From Spirochaetota bacterium (GTDB taxonomy: Bacteria; Spirochaetota; UBA4802; UBA5550), in assembly GCA_963663865.1 (NCBI GenBank), contig OY760686.1, positions 2,112,001-2,176,000 on the forward strand: DNA of 64,000 nt, in the 5' to 3' direction. Both the position numbers and the translations under genes were made by a program. Positions 18,892-28,836 of this stretch are shown one piece after another. The number at the start of each line of letters is the position of its first letter. Within the stretch, counting starts at the first letter, position 1. The notes beneath the pieces are model-generated. The model saw nothing but the letters and a program-made list of their open reading frames with translations, was not told the origin of the DNA and searched no databases.

Positions 18892-19710
18892 TTGTTAATG
18901 AACGAAGAGCTGAAAAAATATAACGAAACAGACTACACTCTGTTCTGGCAGGACAACCTTCAGCGGCTGGATGAAATATCAGTTTCTACAGGCGCTCTCC
19001 TGGAAGTGCTCGAAAAAGAATACTCGGTTTTTGGAGCAATTTACAGCGATATTGACAGGCAGGTTAAACTACTAAACTCAATCTGCGCCTCATTCAACAA
19101 CATCAGCGGAAGAGAAGAACTTCTTAGACTCTCTGCGGTCATTGAAAGATACCGAAGAAGGTACACGAAAAGCGGTATCGACTTCGAATTAATATACCGT
19201 CTCCTTGACAGAGCTATTGAACTGCGCAACCGGGGATTTACCGATTTTCCATCGACCGTGCATATAAGAGAAACAATTCAAGAGAGACCCGAACGCCGAA
19301 CCGAGAGCAAAAAATACAACTACACCACCTTTAAAAGGAACGGGTCGTGGTTCATAATACCGAAAAGCGTCTCCGGCATTGTCCTGGCCGAAGGATTTCA
19401 GTTTTCGTTCAGCAAAGGCAGCGACACGTCCGGAATTTCCGCGTCCTCCGAATCAGCTTCATATTCGGTAGCGGATTTTTTTTACAATCGCCGCACAGGC
19501 TACACGCCGCCGCGATTCCTTATTTTTTTTGACAATATATTTACCGCGTTTGCTTCGGATGTTGCAGGAAAACGAATATACTCTGACACAGACATTATAC
19601 CATCCCTGCTCAGACCGTACAAAAAATCCGGCGGTTTTAGCTCAACATCAGGAAGGATAAGGCTCTTTGGAAAGCAGCACATCCTGCTCGATAGATTTCT
19701 TCTACGTTAA
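18892..19710 (+). CDS. hypothetical protein; helical N-terminus and degenerate CheW-like C-terminal domain
   Basis: YTTFKRNGSWFIIP…FLIFFDNIFTAFASD…SGRIRLFGKQHILLD follows the CheW strand pattern; start may be the ATG at 18898. Confidence 0.5.
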   Translation: MLMNEELKKYNETDYTLFWQDNLQRLDEISVSTGALLEVLEKEYSVFGAIYSDIDRQVKLLNSICASFNNISGREELLRLSAVIERYRRRYTKSGIDFELIYRLLDRAIELRNRGFTDFPSTVHIRETIQERPERRTESKKYNYTTFKRNGSWFIIPKSVSGIVLAEGFQFSFSKGSDTSGISASSESASYSVADFFYNRRTGYTPPRFLIFFDNIFTAFASDVAGKRIYSDTDIIPSLLRPYKKSGGFSSTSGRIRLFGKQHILLDRFLLR

Positions 19711-19720
19711 CCGAATTATT

Positions 19721-19960
19721 CTACTTGTCCTTTTTAAAGAGGTCTGACAGATTACGCAGACTGGCAGGATCAAATTCAGACTTCACGGCCTCGATATTCT
19801 GCCCCTGAATCTCGGCGTAAATCTCCTTTCTGTGAACCGTAACCTTTTTTGGAGCTTTAATTCCCAGCTTGACCTGATCGCCTTTAATATCAATGACAAC
19901 AACCTCGATGTCGTCGCCGATCATTATGCTTTCATTTAATCTTCTTGCAAGTACAAGCAT
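19721..19960 (-). CDS. csrA: carbon storage regulator CsrA
   Basis: [18 protein letters not shown]…[19 protein letters not shown]. Confidence 0.97.
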   Translation of the reverse strand: MLVLARRLNESIMIGDDIEVVVIDIKGDQVKLGIKAPKKVTVHRKEIYAEIQGQNIEAVKSEFDPASLRNLSDLFKKDK

Positions 19961-19963
19961 CGG

Positions 19964-20425
19964 CTACTCCCCAGCCGAAGCTGATTTTTTCATTTCGTCG
20001 AGTATCCTGTGACGAACGTGATAATCTTCGTTAAGAGATATTGCCTGTCTTCCCAGCCTCTTTGCGGCGTTTATTATTACGGGCCCCTGTAGATTGGCTG
20101 TCATCTCTGAAGGATCAGGAGGTATAGTAACAATGGCAAATACAAGCAGTTCTTTCCTGTCTTCCGCGCCAACAGCTTCAAAATCGTTTTGAGACACCTT
20201 CAGACTGAAATCCTTCATGAAGTCCTCAGGCCTGATGACGACAAAAGCGAGCGAGGGCTCACTTACAGCCTGAAGCCACTTAAACGGCGATTTATCATCG
20301 CCCGCGTCAAGTAGAGCGAATCTCTTCACGTAGTCAAAACCGAGGAGCCCTTCCGGAAAATCAATAATCTGCCGTTCATCGATCTCAATCTCTCCGAAGG
20401 GTCTTGAATTAATAGTCTGCTTCAA
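19964..20425 (-). CDS. fliW: flagellar assembly factor FliW
   Basis: FGEIEI, FPEGLLGF, PFKWLQ, MTANLQGPVIIN; adjacent to csrA; TTG start. Confidence 0.95.
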   Translation of the reverse strand: MKQTINSRPFGEIEIDERQIIDFPEGLLGFDYVKRFALLDAGDDKSPFKWLQAVSEPSLAFVVIRPEDFMKDFSLKVSQNDFEAVGAEDRKELLVFAIVTIPPDPSEMTANLQGPVIINAAKRLGRQAISLNEDYHVRHRILDEMKKSASAGE

Positions 20426-20444
20426 ATCTCGCTCCTTATCCTTT

Positions 20445-21707
20445 CTATCTCAGAAAATCCATTAATGTTGGTCTTATTGTTTTTGCTCCAACTGAAAGCG
20501 CATACTGATGCACAGTCTGAAGCCACTGAAAATTCATTATTGACTCCGCGTAATCAATTCCCTCTGTCTTTGAGACCATGTCGAGAACGTATCCTTTCTC
20601 ATATTCACTTCTTCTTGAGAGCTCGTCCGCTCTTGACTGTTTTGCACCGACCGCGGCCGTATGCCTCAGTATGTTATCGAGTGCAAGGTCTATTAGACCA
20701 AGATCCCTACCGCCTACGAGCTCCTGATCTCCTCTGACCAGGTCATCCCTCAGTGTAATCACGGCTTCAAAAATTGACATGCCTCCCACGCTTGCGGTTG
20801 CGTCAAAATTGTTGGGAGGGTTGGGAAACTCTGTGCTTATAATTCCAAGACTCTGAAGCACGGTACCCGCTCCAACATCCTCCAACCATAGCTGATGAGG
20901 AGAAGTAGATTCCATTATCAGATTGTTCAACCCGCCTCTGGAGGCCCTGACGCTTGCACCGGAATTGTTGATCTTATCTATTATAATATCCAGATTGTCG
21001 CCTGCCGTAACAGAAATCTCCTTCCCGTCTATCCGTATTGTCTGATTGGACGGAGCTGAATACGCAGATGAATCTCTATTCGCGCTGATTGTCTGATTTG
21101 TAGCCCAGAATATCTCGTTTCCTGGAATATTAACATCCAGATATTCTCCCTTGGCAACCTCACGCATCTGCCTTCCGGTGTTCCCTCTGTACTCAACACC
21201 GATCATCGCATCTCCCTGATTTCCTGCCGTTAAAGTCTGATATATCGGCACAAAAGGATCGGGAATCTCCTCTGTACCGCGTTGAAAGCCTCCGAATATC
21301 GGCCTGCCTGTGGCACCCTTCGTGTTCGCTATAGCCACAAGTTCCTTCAGGAGCTGATTTATCTCGGTTGCGGCGGCCTCTTTCGTCTCAAAGTTGGAGT
21401 ATATCCCGTTTGCGCCTTGAACCGCGAGGGTCCTTATCCTCTGGAATAGCCTTAATGTTGACTGCACAGCTGTATCAGTTTCGTTTAGCCTGGATTTTGC
21501 CTCATCAATATTGCTTATGTACTGTCCAATCTCCGTGAGCCTGCTGTTATAGATCATCTGATTCGTGGCGGCTATCGGATTATCCCTCGGCATTGTCACA
21601 CTTTTGCCGGTCGCGAGCGAGTTCTGCAGCCTGTCCATCTCGCCCTGCTGTCTGGTCAAATTGTACATCATTGTATTGTTAAGCATCTGATTCGTTACGC
21701 GGTTCAT
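20445..21707 (-). CDS. flgL: flagellar hook-associated protein 3
   Basis: MNRVTNQM…LATGK…PRDNP, VQGANGIYS; flagellin-like termini. Confidence 0.94.
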   Translation of the reverse strand: MNRVTNQMLNNTMMYNLTRQQGEMDRLQNSLATGKSVTMPRDNPIAATNQMIYNSRLTEIGQYISNIDEAKSRLNETDTAVQSTLRLFQRIRTLAVQGANGIYSNFETKEAAATEINQLLKELVAIANTKGATGRPIFGGFQRGTEEIPDPFVPIYQTLTAGNQGDAMIGVEYRGNTGRQMREVAKGEYLDVNIPGNEIFWATNQTISANRDSSAYSAPSNQTIRIDGKEISVTAGDNLDIIIDKINNSGASVRASRGGLNNLIMESTSPHQLWLEDVGAGTVLQSLGIISTEFPNPPNNFDATASVGGMSIFEAVITLRDDLVRGDQELVGGRDLGLIDLALDNILRHTAAVGAKQSRADELSRRSEYEKGYVLDMVSKTEGIDYAESIMNFQWLQTVHQYALSVGAKTIRPTLMDFLR

Positions 21708-21708
21708 A

Positions 21709-23613
21709 TCAGACTCCCATTCTAATTATTGTCTCAAGCATCTTATCCATTGTATCAATCACCCTTGCGGCAGCATTGTATCCGTGCTGAAACGCCACCA
21801 TGTTGGCCATCTCCTCGTCGAGATTTACGCCGGAAACGGATTCCCGCATATTTGTCAGATTTTTAAGGAGGGTATTCTGGTTTTCAACCCTGTCCTTTGC
21901 CTCTTCGCCCTGTGTACCAAGCTTTGCCACAAGTGATACGTAGAAATCATTAAATGTTGTTTTCCTGTCGACCATGCCGTTTTTATGCCTGATAGCGGCG
22001 ATTTCCAGAGCGTTGTTTCCGTCTCCGATTCCGTTAGTCGTATTATAATCGCCCGTTCCGCCAATATCGTTTCCTTTCGCTGCAGCTATCATATCTACAT
22101 CGTACATAACGCTGTCAGAAACAGCCATATTCGCCGCCGGATTCCCTTTCGGAGTAATTGTTATATGCTCTCCCGGGGCAAGAAACTTTGAAATATCATT
22201 GAGCCTTCTATAGTCAAATGCACCCTCAGCGCCGGACTGCTTCAGGACGCCTGTAAGTCCAACAAGAAACTGTCCCGAATCCTCTAAACGTCTCATGATG
22301 AAGTTTTTTCTGTCATCGTCTTCAGCAGTAGTTGCCTTCAGCGCGATATGGCTATTGTGGTCCAGATAGGCTACAACACCGGCGCCGGAATCATTTATCT
22401 TTCGTATAACAGAGTTAACGGTGTCGTTCTGATTGTAATCCACAAACACTGGAGTCTCAACTTCATTGTTTCTTGAAAATGTCAGAGTTCCTGTGACTCC
22501 TATTGCGGCTGAAGCATCTATTCGATTGCTGCCGGACACCTTAAATACCGCTGTAATCTCTTCAACTCCGTCATTATTGAGGTCATAGTTCCCTACCGGA
22601 CTGTCGCTTGCAGTCAGATGCCTAAAAAAGTCAACATTCGTATCACCACGCCTTCCAAATCCGTCCCTGTGAACTTCGTTTGTCATGTCGGTTATATTTA
22701 CAGCAAATGAGTCAATATCATTCATGTTCTGTCGGAGAATCACATCGCGCACCTCTATAAGGCCTGCAAGGCTTCCCCCGCTTACTTCTACATTTGTACC
22801 GGTGCCTGCCCATTTAACCCCGAAGAACCCTCTGTTGGACGTGTCCTTAACAGCCTCAAGCGGCCTTAAAACCGGCCCCTGTATCATGGTCTCTCCGCCG
22901 ACATAGACCATCAGCTCATCCTTATCGCTTCTACCGACGCTGATGTTTATTTTTTCCGACAGTTTTTCTACAAGTGCGTCACGCCTGTCTTTCAGGTCGT
23001 TGGGATTATCTCCAAGCGCTTCAGCCTTCATTATTCGTTCATTCAAATCACGAATATCACGCGCGAACATGTTGATCTGCTCAACCTCGTGGAACACCTG
23101 TCTGTTCGCGTTTTCTCTTATATCTGAAAGCTGCCTGAAAACTGCGTTAACCTCATTTGAAAGGTTCACTGCTTTCTGCTTAACGACTTCACGGCCTGAG
23201 CGCTCTTCCGGATTTTTAGATAGCTCCTGCCAGGCCGCCCACAGCTGATCGAGCCTGCTTCGTATTGACTGATCTGACGGCTCGTTATATACCGCCTCAA
23301 TCTGATAAATAAAGCTGTCCTTTGTGTTCCAGTAACCAAGCGAGTTCTTTTCAACCATTATACGGTCATCTATGAACGCGTCTCTGATTCTCTCAACTGA
23401 TGATACGACTGAACCCTGCCCTATGTTTCCCGGACTATTCGCCCGGTTCAGCGAAGGTACGTAGAGCGGATCAGCTGAACTTATAACAACGCGCTGCCGC
23501 GAGTAGTCCTTATTTTCCGCATTAGATATATTATGGCCGGTTGTATGAAGCGCCTGCTGATGACTCATCAGTCCTCGCTTTCCGATTTCCATGCCCATGA
23601 ATGTTGAATTCAT
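21709..23613 (-). CDS. flgK: flagellar hook-associated protein 1
   Basis: STFMGMEIGKRGL…GHNISNA…YSRQRV; ESVSGVNLDEEM…FQHGYNAAAR. Confidence 0.96.
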   Translation of the reverse strand: MNSTFMGMEIGKRGLMSHQQALHTTGHNISNAENKDYSRQRVVISSADPLYVPSLNRANSPGNIGQGSVVSSVERIRDAFIDDRIMVEKNSLGYWNTKDSFIYQIEAVYNEPSDQSIRSRLDQLWAAWQELSKNPEERSGREVVKQKAVNLSNEVNAVFRQLSDIRENANRQVFHEVEQINMFARDIRDLNERIMKAEALGDNPNDLKDRRDALVEKLSEKINISVGRSDKDELMVYVGGETMIQGPVLRPLEAVKDTSNRGFFGVKWAGTGTNVEVSGGSLAGLIEVRDVILRQNMNDIDSFAVNITDMTNEVHRDGFGRRGDTNVDFFRHLTASDSPVGNYDLNNDGVEEITAVFKVSGSNRIDASAAIGVTGTLTFSRNNEVETPVFVDYNQNDTVNSVIRKINDSGAGVVAYLDHNSHIALKATTAEDDDRKNFIMRRLEDSGQFLVGLTGVLKQSGAEGAFDYRRLNDISKFLAPGEHITITPKGNPAANMAVSDSVMYDVDMIAAAKGNDIGGTGDYNTTNGIGDGNNALEIAAIRHKNGMVDRKTTFNDFYVSLVAKLGTQGEEAKDRVENQNTLLKNLTNMRESVSGVNLDEEMANMVAFQHGYNAAARVIDTMDKMLETIIRMGV

Positions 23614-23622
23614 TGAAATCTC

Positions 23623-24126
23623 CTATGCCGTCTGGTTAAATAGTATTGATCCGGATACCGCGCTATTTTCCTTTCCCTTGCTGTCATACCCCGATTGTAT
23701 TGATGTACTGTTTTTCAGTCCATCAATCATAATGTTGAAATACTCAAGGTTGTCAGAGATCAGTTTTGAGTTAGCATTCTTGAGCCTCTCTAGTTTTACC
23801 AGCAGCTGTTTCAGACGCCTTCCTGTCTCATGAAGGGTTTCAGCATCTTCTCCAGTAGTTCTGGCCAGTATGTCAGAAAAAACAACATCTTCGCCGCAGG
23901 GGAACATGGTAAAATGTTTTTCAACAAGTTCGCTTCTCTCTATTTCAAGCCGGCTTATCATTTCAAGAATTCTCTCCTGCTCAATGGACAGACGTTCGAG
24001 CTCTCTCCCGTCGCGCGACGTTACAGCTTCAGTCTTTTCCTGCTCAAGGCAGTAAAGGCTTGAATAGAGTTTTATATCCTCGGAAAAAATCCTGTTAAGC
24101 TCTCTGGCTGGAGTTAATGTCCGCAT
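23623..24126 (-). CDS. flgN: flagellar export chaperone FlgN
   Basis: Helical 167-aa protein directly upstream of flgK; NANSKLI…GYDSKG…ILFNQTA terminus. Confidence 0.85.
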   Translation of the reverse strand: MRTLTPARELNRIFSEDIKLYSSLYCLEQEKTEAVTSRDGRELERLSIEQERILEMISRLEIERSELVEKHFTMFPCGEDVVFSDILARTTGEDAETLHETGRRLKQLLVKLERLKNANSKLISDNLEYFNIMIDGLKNSTSIQSGYDSKGKENSAVSGSILFNQTA

Positions 24127-24163
24127 ATTATGCCTCCTGTAAAGATTGGGCTACACCCTTCAC

Positions 24164-24190
24164 GTATCGGCATTTCACGGCATGCGATTA
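24164..24190 (-). promoter_or_regulatory. sigma-28 (FliA) promoter for flgN-flgK-flgL-fliW-csrA
   Basis: TAAT-N15-GCCGATAC versus consensus TAAA-N15-GCCGATAA, 37 nt upstream of flgN. Confidence 0.8.
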
Positions 24191-24289
24191 GTACTTTTCT
24201 TTGATTATGTCTTATTTAATTTCGGGAATGGATGGACTTTTGCTGGAAAACACAGCGAGCGTTGATAATAAAAGAAAGCGGAATCCGGC

Positions 24290-24985
24290 CTAACTGCCGG
24301 ATTCGCTGATCTGACCGTCAATAATACTGACTGTTTTGCCGGTCATTGACGCAAGCTCCATATCATGGGTGACAATTACAACAGTAAGCCCGTATTCCCT
24401 GCCCATCTCGAGCAAAATACCGGCAAGGTTTTTGGAATTGCTGCTGTCGAGGTTGCCTGTAGGCTCATCCGCCATTATAATATCCGGCCTGCCGATTATC
24501 GCCCTTACCACAGCGGCGCGCTGGCACTCACCGCCTGACATTTCCGAAGGTTTATGATCAGCTCTGGAGGAAAGCCCAAAGCGATCCAGCATCTCTGAAG
24601 CAGCCTTCTTTGCTCTGGACCACTTTTCTCTTCTTATCAAAAGAGGAAGCATGCAGTTCTCAAGAGCGGTAAACTCGGGCAAAAGATTATGGGTCTGAAA
24701 CACGAAGCCGACATGCCTGTTTCGGAAGCCTGAAAGATCCTCAACAGAAAGGCTGCTTACATCCTTCCCCATTACCTCAAGACGGCCGCTTTCGAATGAA
24801 TCAATACATCCAAAAAGATTAAGAAGGGTCGACTTGCCCGCTCCCGACGGACCGACAATCGAAACCGATTCGCCCCTCATTATCTCCATTGATATTCCGC
24901 GGAGAACCCTTATAGTATTATTTCCGTATCCGTAATACTTCTCTATGTTTTCAGCTGAAATTACCGCTTCGCTGTTCTGACTCAT
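24290..24985 (-). CDS. lolD: lipoprotein-releasing ABC transporter ATP-binding protein
   Basis: GPSGAGKST, MSGGECQR, MADEPTGNLD, VTHD; downstream of LolC/E permease. Confidence 0.88.
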   Translation of the reverse strand: MSQNSEAVISAENIEKYYGYGNNTIRVLRGISMEIMRGESVSIVGPSGAGKSTLLNLFGCIDSFESGRLEVMGKDVSSLSVEDLSGFRNRHVGFVFQTHNLLPEFTALENCMLPLLIRREKWSRAKKAASEMLDRFGLSSRADHKPSEMSGGECQRAAVVRAIIGRPDIIMADEPTGNLDSSNSKNLAGILLEMGREYGLTVVIVTHDMELASMTGKTVSIIDGQISESGS

Positions 24986-24994
24986 TAAACCCTC

Positions 24995-26299
24995 TCACTC
25001 ATACCTTATTGTCTCCACCGGATTCTGCCTTGATGCCTGCCATGCCGGAAAAATTGCCGCGACGGTGGAAAGAAATACGGCAAATATCGCGATAAACACC
25101 ACAAATTCAGGGCTAACCTCTGTCGGAATTGAATCAATATAATATACGTGAGTAGGAACAATACTGATCTTGTAAAATATTCCCATATCAAAGAATTCGT
25201 ATATTCTCGCCCCCAATATATTGACCCACTTCTCTACACATATTATTATTGCCTCAAGATTTAAGGAAGCAGCCAATCCAGCCACCACACCGGAAATCGC
25301 GCCGAACAGGCCGATTAGAAATCCTTCAAGTACAAATATCACCATAATCGACGAAGGCCTGGCTCCCATTGACTTGAGTATTCCAACCGCTTTTTTCTTT
25401 TCCATAACTACCATCACCAGGGTTCCCATTATGGTGAAACCTGCTGAAACTATAACAAGAAACAGTATAATTGTCATTATCAGCTTTTCGAGTTTAAGTG
25501 CGTAAAAAAGGTTCTGGTTCTTTTCTTCCGCGGTCATCGTTACGTAGTCATAGCCCGCGGCCTTGCTCACAGCCTCATTTGTCCGCTCAAGCCCGGAATA
25601 GACGTCCTTTACCTTAACTGCTATTCCCCATGCCACATCACCCACCTGGAACAGCTTCTGAGCATGCGGAAAGGACATGAGTATCAGCTTTGTGTCAAAG
25701 TCATAATACCCTGTCTTAAAGAAACCGAGCACCCTGTATTTGCCAAGTCCCGGAGTTACCCCCTCCGTAGCGGTCAGCCTTCCGCGTGGAACAATTACTT
25801 CAATGTATTCATTTTGCTTTATACCGTTAGTTATCGCCATCTCGGCGCCTATGTAGACCCCGCGTTCCTTTGTATACTTATCCTTTCCCTCTGTTATAAA
25901 TTTGCTTACATCCTCGGGAATGAAATCAGGCGTTCCGGCTCCACGTATCATCACATAGTTAATATTGGTTCTGTGCCTCAAAAGGCCCTGCCCCTGAATA
26001 AATGGATAGGCCGAGCTGACGCCGTCAACGCCGGAGATCTTCTGAGAAAGCTTTCTGTAATCCCTGATAGCACCACCCTGAGTACCATAAAGTGCATTAA
26101 CGGTGATATGTGAATCAATGTCGAGAATCTTGTTCTTGATCTGTGATTGAAAACCGTTCATCACGGAAATGACCACAATAAGAATAAAAACACCCAGTGA
26201 TACGACAAGTATTGACAGCAGGGTGTTAAAGGAGATGAACCCCTGCATTTTTTTTGATTTTAGATATCTGAATCCTATAAAAAGCTCAAAAAGTTTCAT
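24995..26299 (-). CDS. lolE: lipoprotein-releasing ABC transporter permease LolC/E
   Basis: RYLKSKK…VISVMNGF, MVVMEKKKAVGILKSMGA, PAWQASRQNPVETIRYE; start reassigned to MKLFEL. Confidence 0.88.
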   Translation of the reverse strand: MKLFELFIGFRYLKSKKMQGFISFNTLLSILVVSLGVFILIVVISVMNGFQSQIKNKILDIDSHITVNALYGTQGGAIRDYRKLSQKISGVDGVSSAYPFIQGQGLLRHRTNINYVMIRGAGTPDFIPEDVSKFITEGKDKYTKERGVYIGAEMAITNGIKQNEYIEVIVPRGRLTATEGVTPGLGKYRVLGFFKTGYYDFDTKLILMSFPHAQKLFQVGDVAWGIAVKVKDVYSGLERTNEAVSKAAGYDYVTMTAEEKNQNLFYALKLEKLIMTIILFLVIVSAGFTIMGTLVMVVMEKKKAVGILKSMGARPSSIMVIFVLEGFLIGLFGAISGVVAGLAASLNLEAIIICVEKWVNILGARIYEFFDMGIFYKISIVPTHVYYIDSIPTEVSPEFVVFIAIFAVFLSTVAAIFPAWQASRQNPVETIRYE

Positions 26300-26313
26300 T
26301 ATTTCCGCCCGGA

Positions 26314-26754
26314 TTAAATATTGACCTCGGTTAAAGTCCTGTTGAACATAAGCCACCCCTCTGAAGAGCGCTTCTCGGAATACTTTATCATTGAAACCGA
26401 GCCGTTCATTTTTCTGACCCGCTTTCCAGTTTTACGTGACACAACATAGCACTCAAAGCTGACTTCTCTGCTCCGGAAAAGATTTCCTTCGTGATCCTTT
26501 TGCTGCTCTCCGCTGTCTTTCCGCTCTGATTCAATGACAGTTAAATCATCGTAGTAAAAATCCCGGTAAATCTCAGCAAATACAGCAGCCTGCTTAGGAA
26601 AAGCCTCGCATGAGCGGTAAAGCGAATGGTTGAGCTGCTTTATCGCCAGGGCCCATTTTGCAAGAACCCTTGAAGGCTCTTCAAATTCGGGAGGTTCCTT
26701 GCACGAGAGCAATAAAGGCATGACCATTAAAGCCAGTATAATGATTTTTTTCAT
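26314..26754 (-). CDS. hypothetical lipoprotein
   Basis: MKKIIILALMVMPLLLS-C lipobox; start reassigned. Confidence 0.7.
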   Translation of the reverse strand: MKKIIILALMVMPLLLSCKEPPEFEEPSRVLAKWALAIKQLNHSLYRSCEAFPKQAAVFAEIYRDFYYDDLTVIESERKDSGEQQKDHEGNLFRSREVSFECYVVSRKTGKRVRKMNGSVSMIKYSEKRSSEGWLMFNRTLTEVNI

Positions 26755-26809
26755 TCGCTTCCTGCCAATTCTCTTGTGATAATATATAAACAAAACAATT
26801 CTGAACAGC

Positions 26810-27364
26810 TCAAGCCTTATCCCCGAAGACGATCGCGGTAAACTTTTTAATTGACGTCCCTTCACTCTTCCAGGCATCCCCCGGCAGTCCGGCCTTCAGA
26901 CAAGTGTGGTACAGAAACTGCTCCCTGTTCCAGCCGTACTCAACGGCAACCTGCGGCAGAAGAAGACCCTGTGAAAACTCCCTTGAAATAATGAGACCGT
27001 CCCTTCCCACTACAACATCCTCAATGCTTGAGACATCTTCCAGAGGAGTCAGCACCGAAATCTCAATGTCAATGCCCGGATATTCATCTTTACGCAGAGG
27101 CTGAAACCTTGGGTCCCTGAAGGCTGCCGCAATTGCCATTTCCTCTACGGTTTCCGCAAGACCTCTGACTCCTGTAATATATCCGATACAGCCTCTCAGA
27201 TTTTCGTCCAGATGAATCGTGACAAATGCTCCGCACTTCTTCTGAAAAACATCGTCACTCAGGTCAGGCTTCAAAGATGGCCCTTCAACGCCAAGCCTCT
27301 GAGCTATGACCGCCCTCGCGAGCACGCAGAGCGATTCCTTCTGCTGCAATGTAAGTTCCAGCAT
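26810..27364 (-). CDS. amrA: AmmeMemoRadiSam system protein A (AMMECR1 family)
   Basis: GAFVTI…LRGCIG, AAFRDPRF, EISVLTP, GLLLPQVA, CLKAGL; start after GGGGGAG. Confidence 0.9.
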   Translation of the reverse strand: MLELTLQQKESLCVLARAVIAQRLGVEGPSLKPDLSDDVFQKKCGAFVTIHLDENLRGCIGYITGVRGLAETVEEMAIAAAFRDPRFQPLRKDEYPGIDIEISVLTPLEDVSSIEDVVVGRDGLIISREFSQGLLLPQVAVEYGWNREQFLYHTCLKAGLPGDAWKSEGTSIKKFTAIVFGDKA

Positions 27365-27531
27365 TTCTCCCCCCAATTCAAACGCAGCGGCCGGGGTAAG
27401 GCGCACCAGTCAACGCGTTTTGTGGCGAACAGAATTCAATCCAGATAAACCTCTCACTCAGTCCGCTGTTGTCAACCGAAAAGACGTCAGCAATTCAAAA
27501 ATGGAAAGCATCTTTCTATTGTGGGGGGATA

Positions 27532-27561
27532 TCGGCCTCTACCACTCAGGTCAGAGGCCGA
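27532..27561 (-). terminator. GC-rich hairpin downstream of porin gene
   Basis: TCGGCCTCT-N12-AGAGGCCGA; no U-tract. Confidence 0.45.
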
Positions 27562-27575
27562 GTAATGCGGAACTC

Positions 27576-28805
27576 TCAGTAGAAAGAGATGGTAGCAAGC
27601 GCACCTGCGTACAGGTCGGAGCCCTCCTTGCTGCCGCTGAAATCCTTCATATAATCGCGGTAAGCTATTGAAGGAGTAAGGGCTATCAGGCCTCCAATGT
27701 TGAACTTGGCGTTTATATAGTACTCGATGGCATAGTCCCTATCGGTTCCCTCCATGGGATAATCAGTCATAGAAAATCCGCAGCCGGCAAACAGTGTAGT
27801 CTTCTCAAGCAGAGGCAGAACATATCCGACTTCCGCGTAGGATTGGACATTCCAGGTATCCTTTATCTCGTATTCACCGGTAGCGTCGTTTCTAATCGCA
27901 GCCGCAGCACCTCCGCGGTAGTTGCTGTTGCCCTGTGTCTGAACCTTTAGTCCATAGTTCGCGGGATTAACCGAAAAGCCGCCGCTGAAGTTAAATAGAA
28001 AATCCTCTGCCTGCAGCTCAGCGTAAGCGTAAGTGATATAGGATATTATCCAGTCTTTATCGTACCTTACATCTCCGGTGTTTGTAATCTTGTATGCGTT
28101 GAAAGCCGCGCCTATACCCAGAACATTCTCCTTCGCCTTGAACTCATAGCCCAGAGCTGTTTTCGGCAGGAGCGATTTTATCTTTGACTCCTCCTGTCCA
28201 GTCGTTATTTCCCTCTTGACCTCAATGAGATTGTACTCATCGTAAGCCGGGTCACCTGACGAAGTAGGATTTGACGCAATAGTGTCGTCGTAGGTAGTCA
28301 TTGTGGAAACATTGGGCTGAATAATGTCTATATAAAGACCAATATCTGACGAGAGTTTCAATTGAGTCGCAAGGCTGTCATACATAGCGCCAAAGCCCTC
28401 GGATCTGTGATAGTTCGCCGCTTCATGCGACCACCTTGTATAAGGCGTCCAGTCCTGTCCGATCATAAGTTCGCCGCCGCCGAATTTATAGACACCGAAT
28501 GCCTTTCTGACAATCACCCTGCTCTCATCCTCTGAGTCGCTTACTCCAAGTTCAAATACTCCGTGATACTTCGAGTAGTTAAAGTTGAACCCGATATTGC
28601 TGTTTTCATTAATCCGGTAAATCGTGTCCTTCCCGGTCTCCTTTGTCCCGGCGGCATCGAATTCCTCAGACTGTTGATATCCGAAAAAAACAAAAAGATT
28701 GCCGTAGGGTTTAATTGAGTTTCCCGACTGCGCTGACGCACTGCCCGCCGCGGCAAAAGCTGCTGCAGCGGCAATAAAAACCTTTAACTTGCTCTTGAAT
28801 TTCAT
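27576..28805 (-). CDS. outer-membrane beta-barrel (porin-like) protein
   Basis: Signal peptide (ASA-Q); NSNIGFNF…GVFELG…RKAFGVYKFGGGELMIGQDWTP porin-type N-terminus; terminal aromatic residue (ATISFY). Confidence 0.78.
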   Translation of the reverse strand: MKFKSKLKVFIAAAAAFAAAGSASAQSGNSIKPYGNLFVFFGYQQSEEFDAAGTKETGKDTIYRINENSNIGFNFNYSKYHGVFELGVSDSEDESRVIVRKAFGVYKFGGGELMIGQDWTPYTRWSHEAANYHRSEGFGAMYDSLATQLKLSSDIGLYIDIIQPNVSTMTTYDDTIASNPTSSGDPAYDEYNLIEVKREITTGQEESKIKSLLPKTALGYEFKAKENVLGIGAAFNAYKITNTGDVRYDKDWIISYITYAYAELQAEDFLFNFSGGFSVNPANYGLKVQTQGNSNYRGGAAAAIRNDATGEYEIKDTWNVQSYAEVGYVLPLLEKTTLFAGCGFSMTDYPMEGTDRDYAIEYYINAKFNIGGLIALTPSIAYRDYMKDFSGSKEGSDLYAGALATISFY

Positions 28806-28836
28806 GGAGTGTCTCCTGTTAGTTCATTAATATGCT

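Noticed and set aside
20445-23613. Unusually long FlgK/FlgL with internal insertions
   Set aside because: Typical of spirochete periplasmic flagella; not novel
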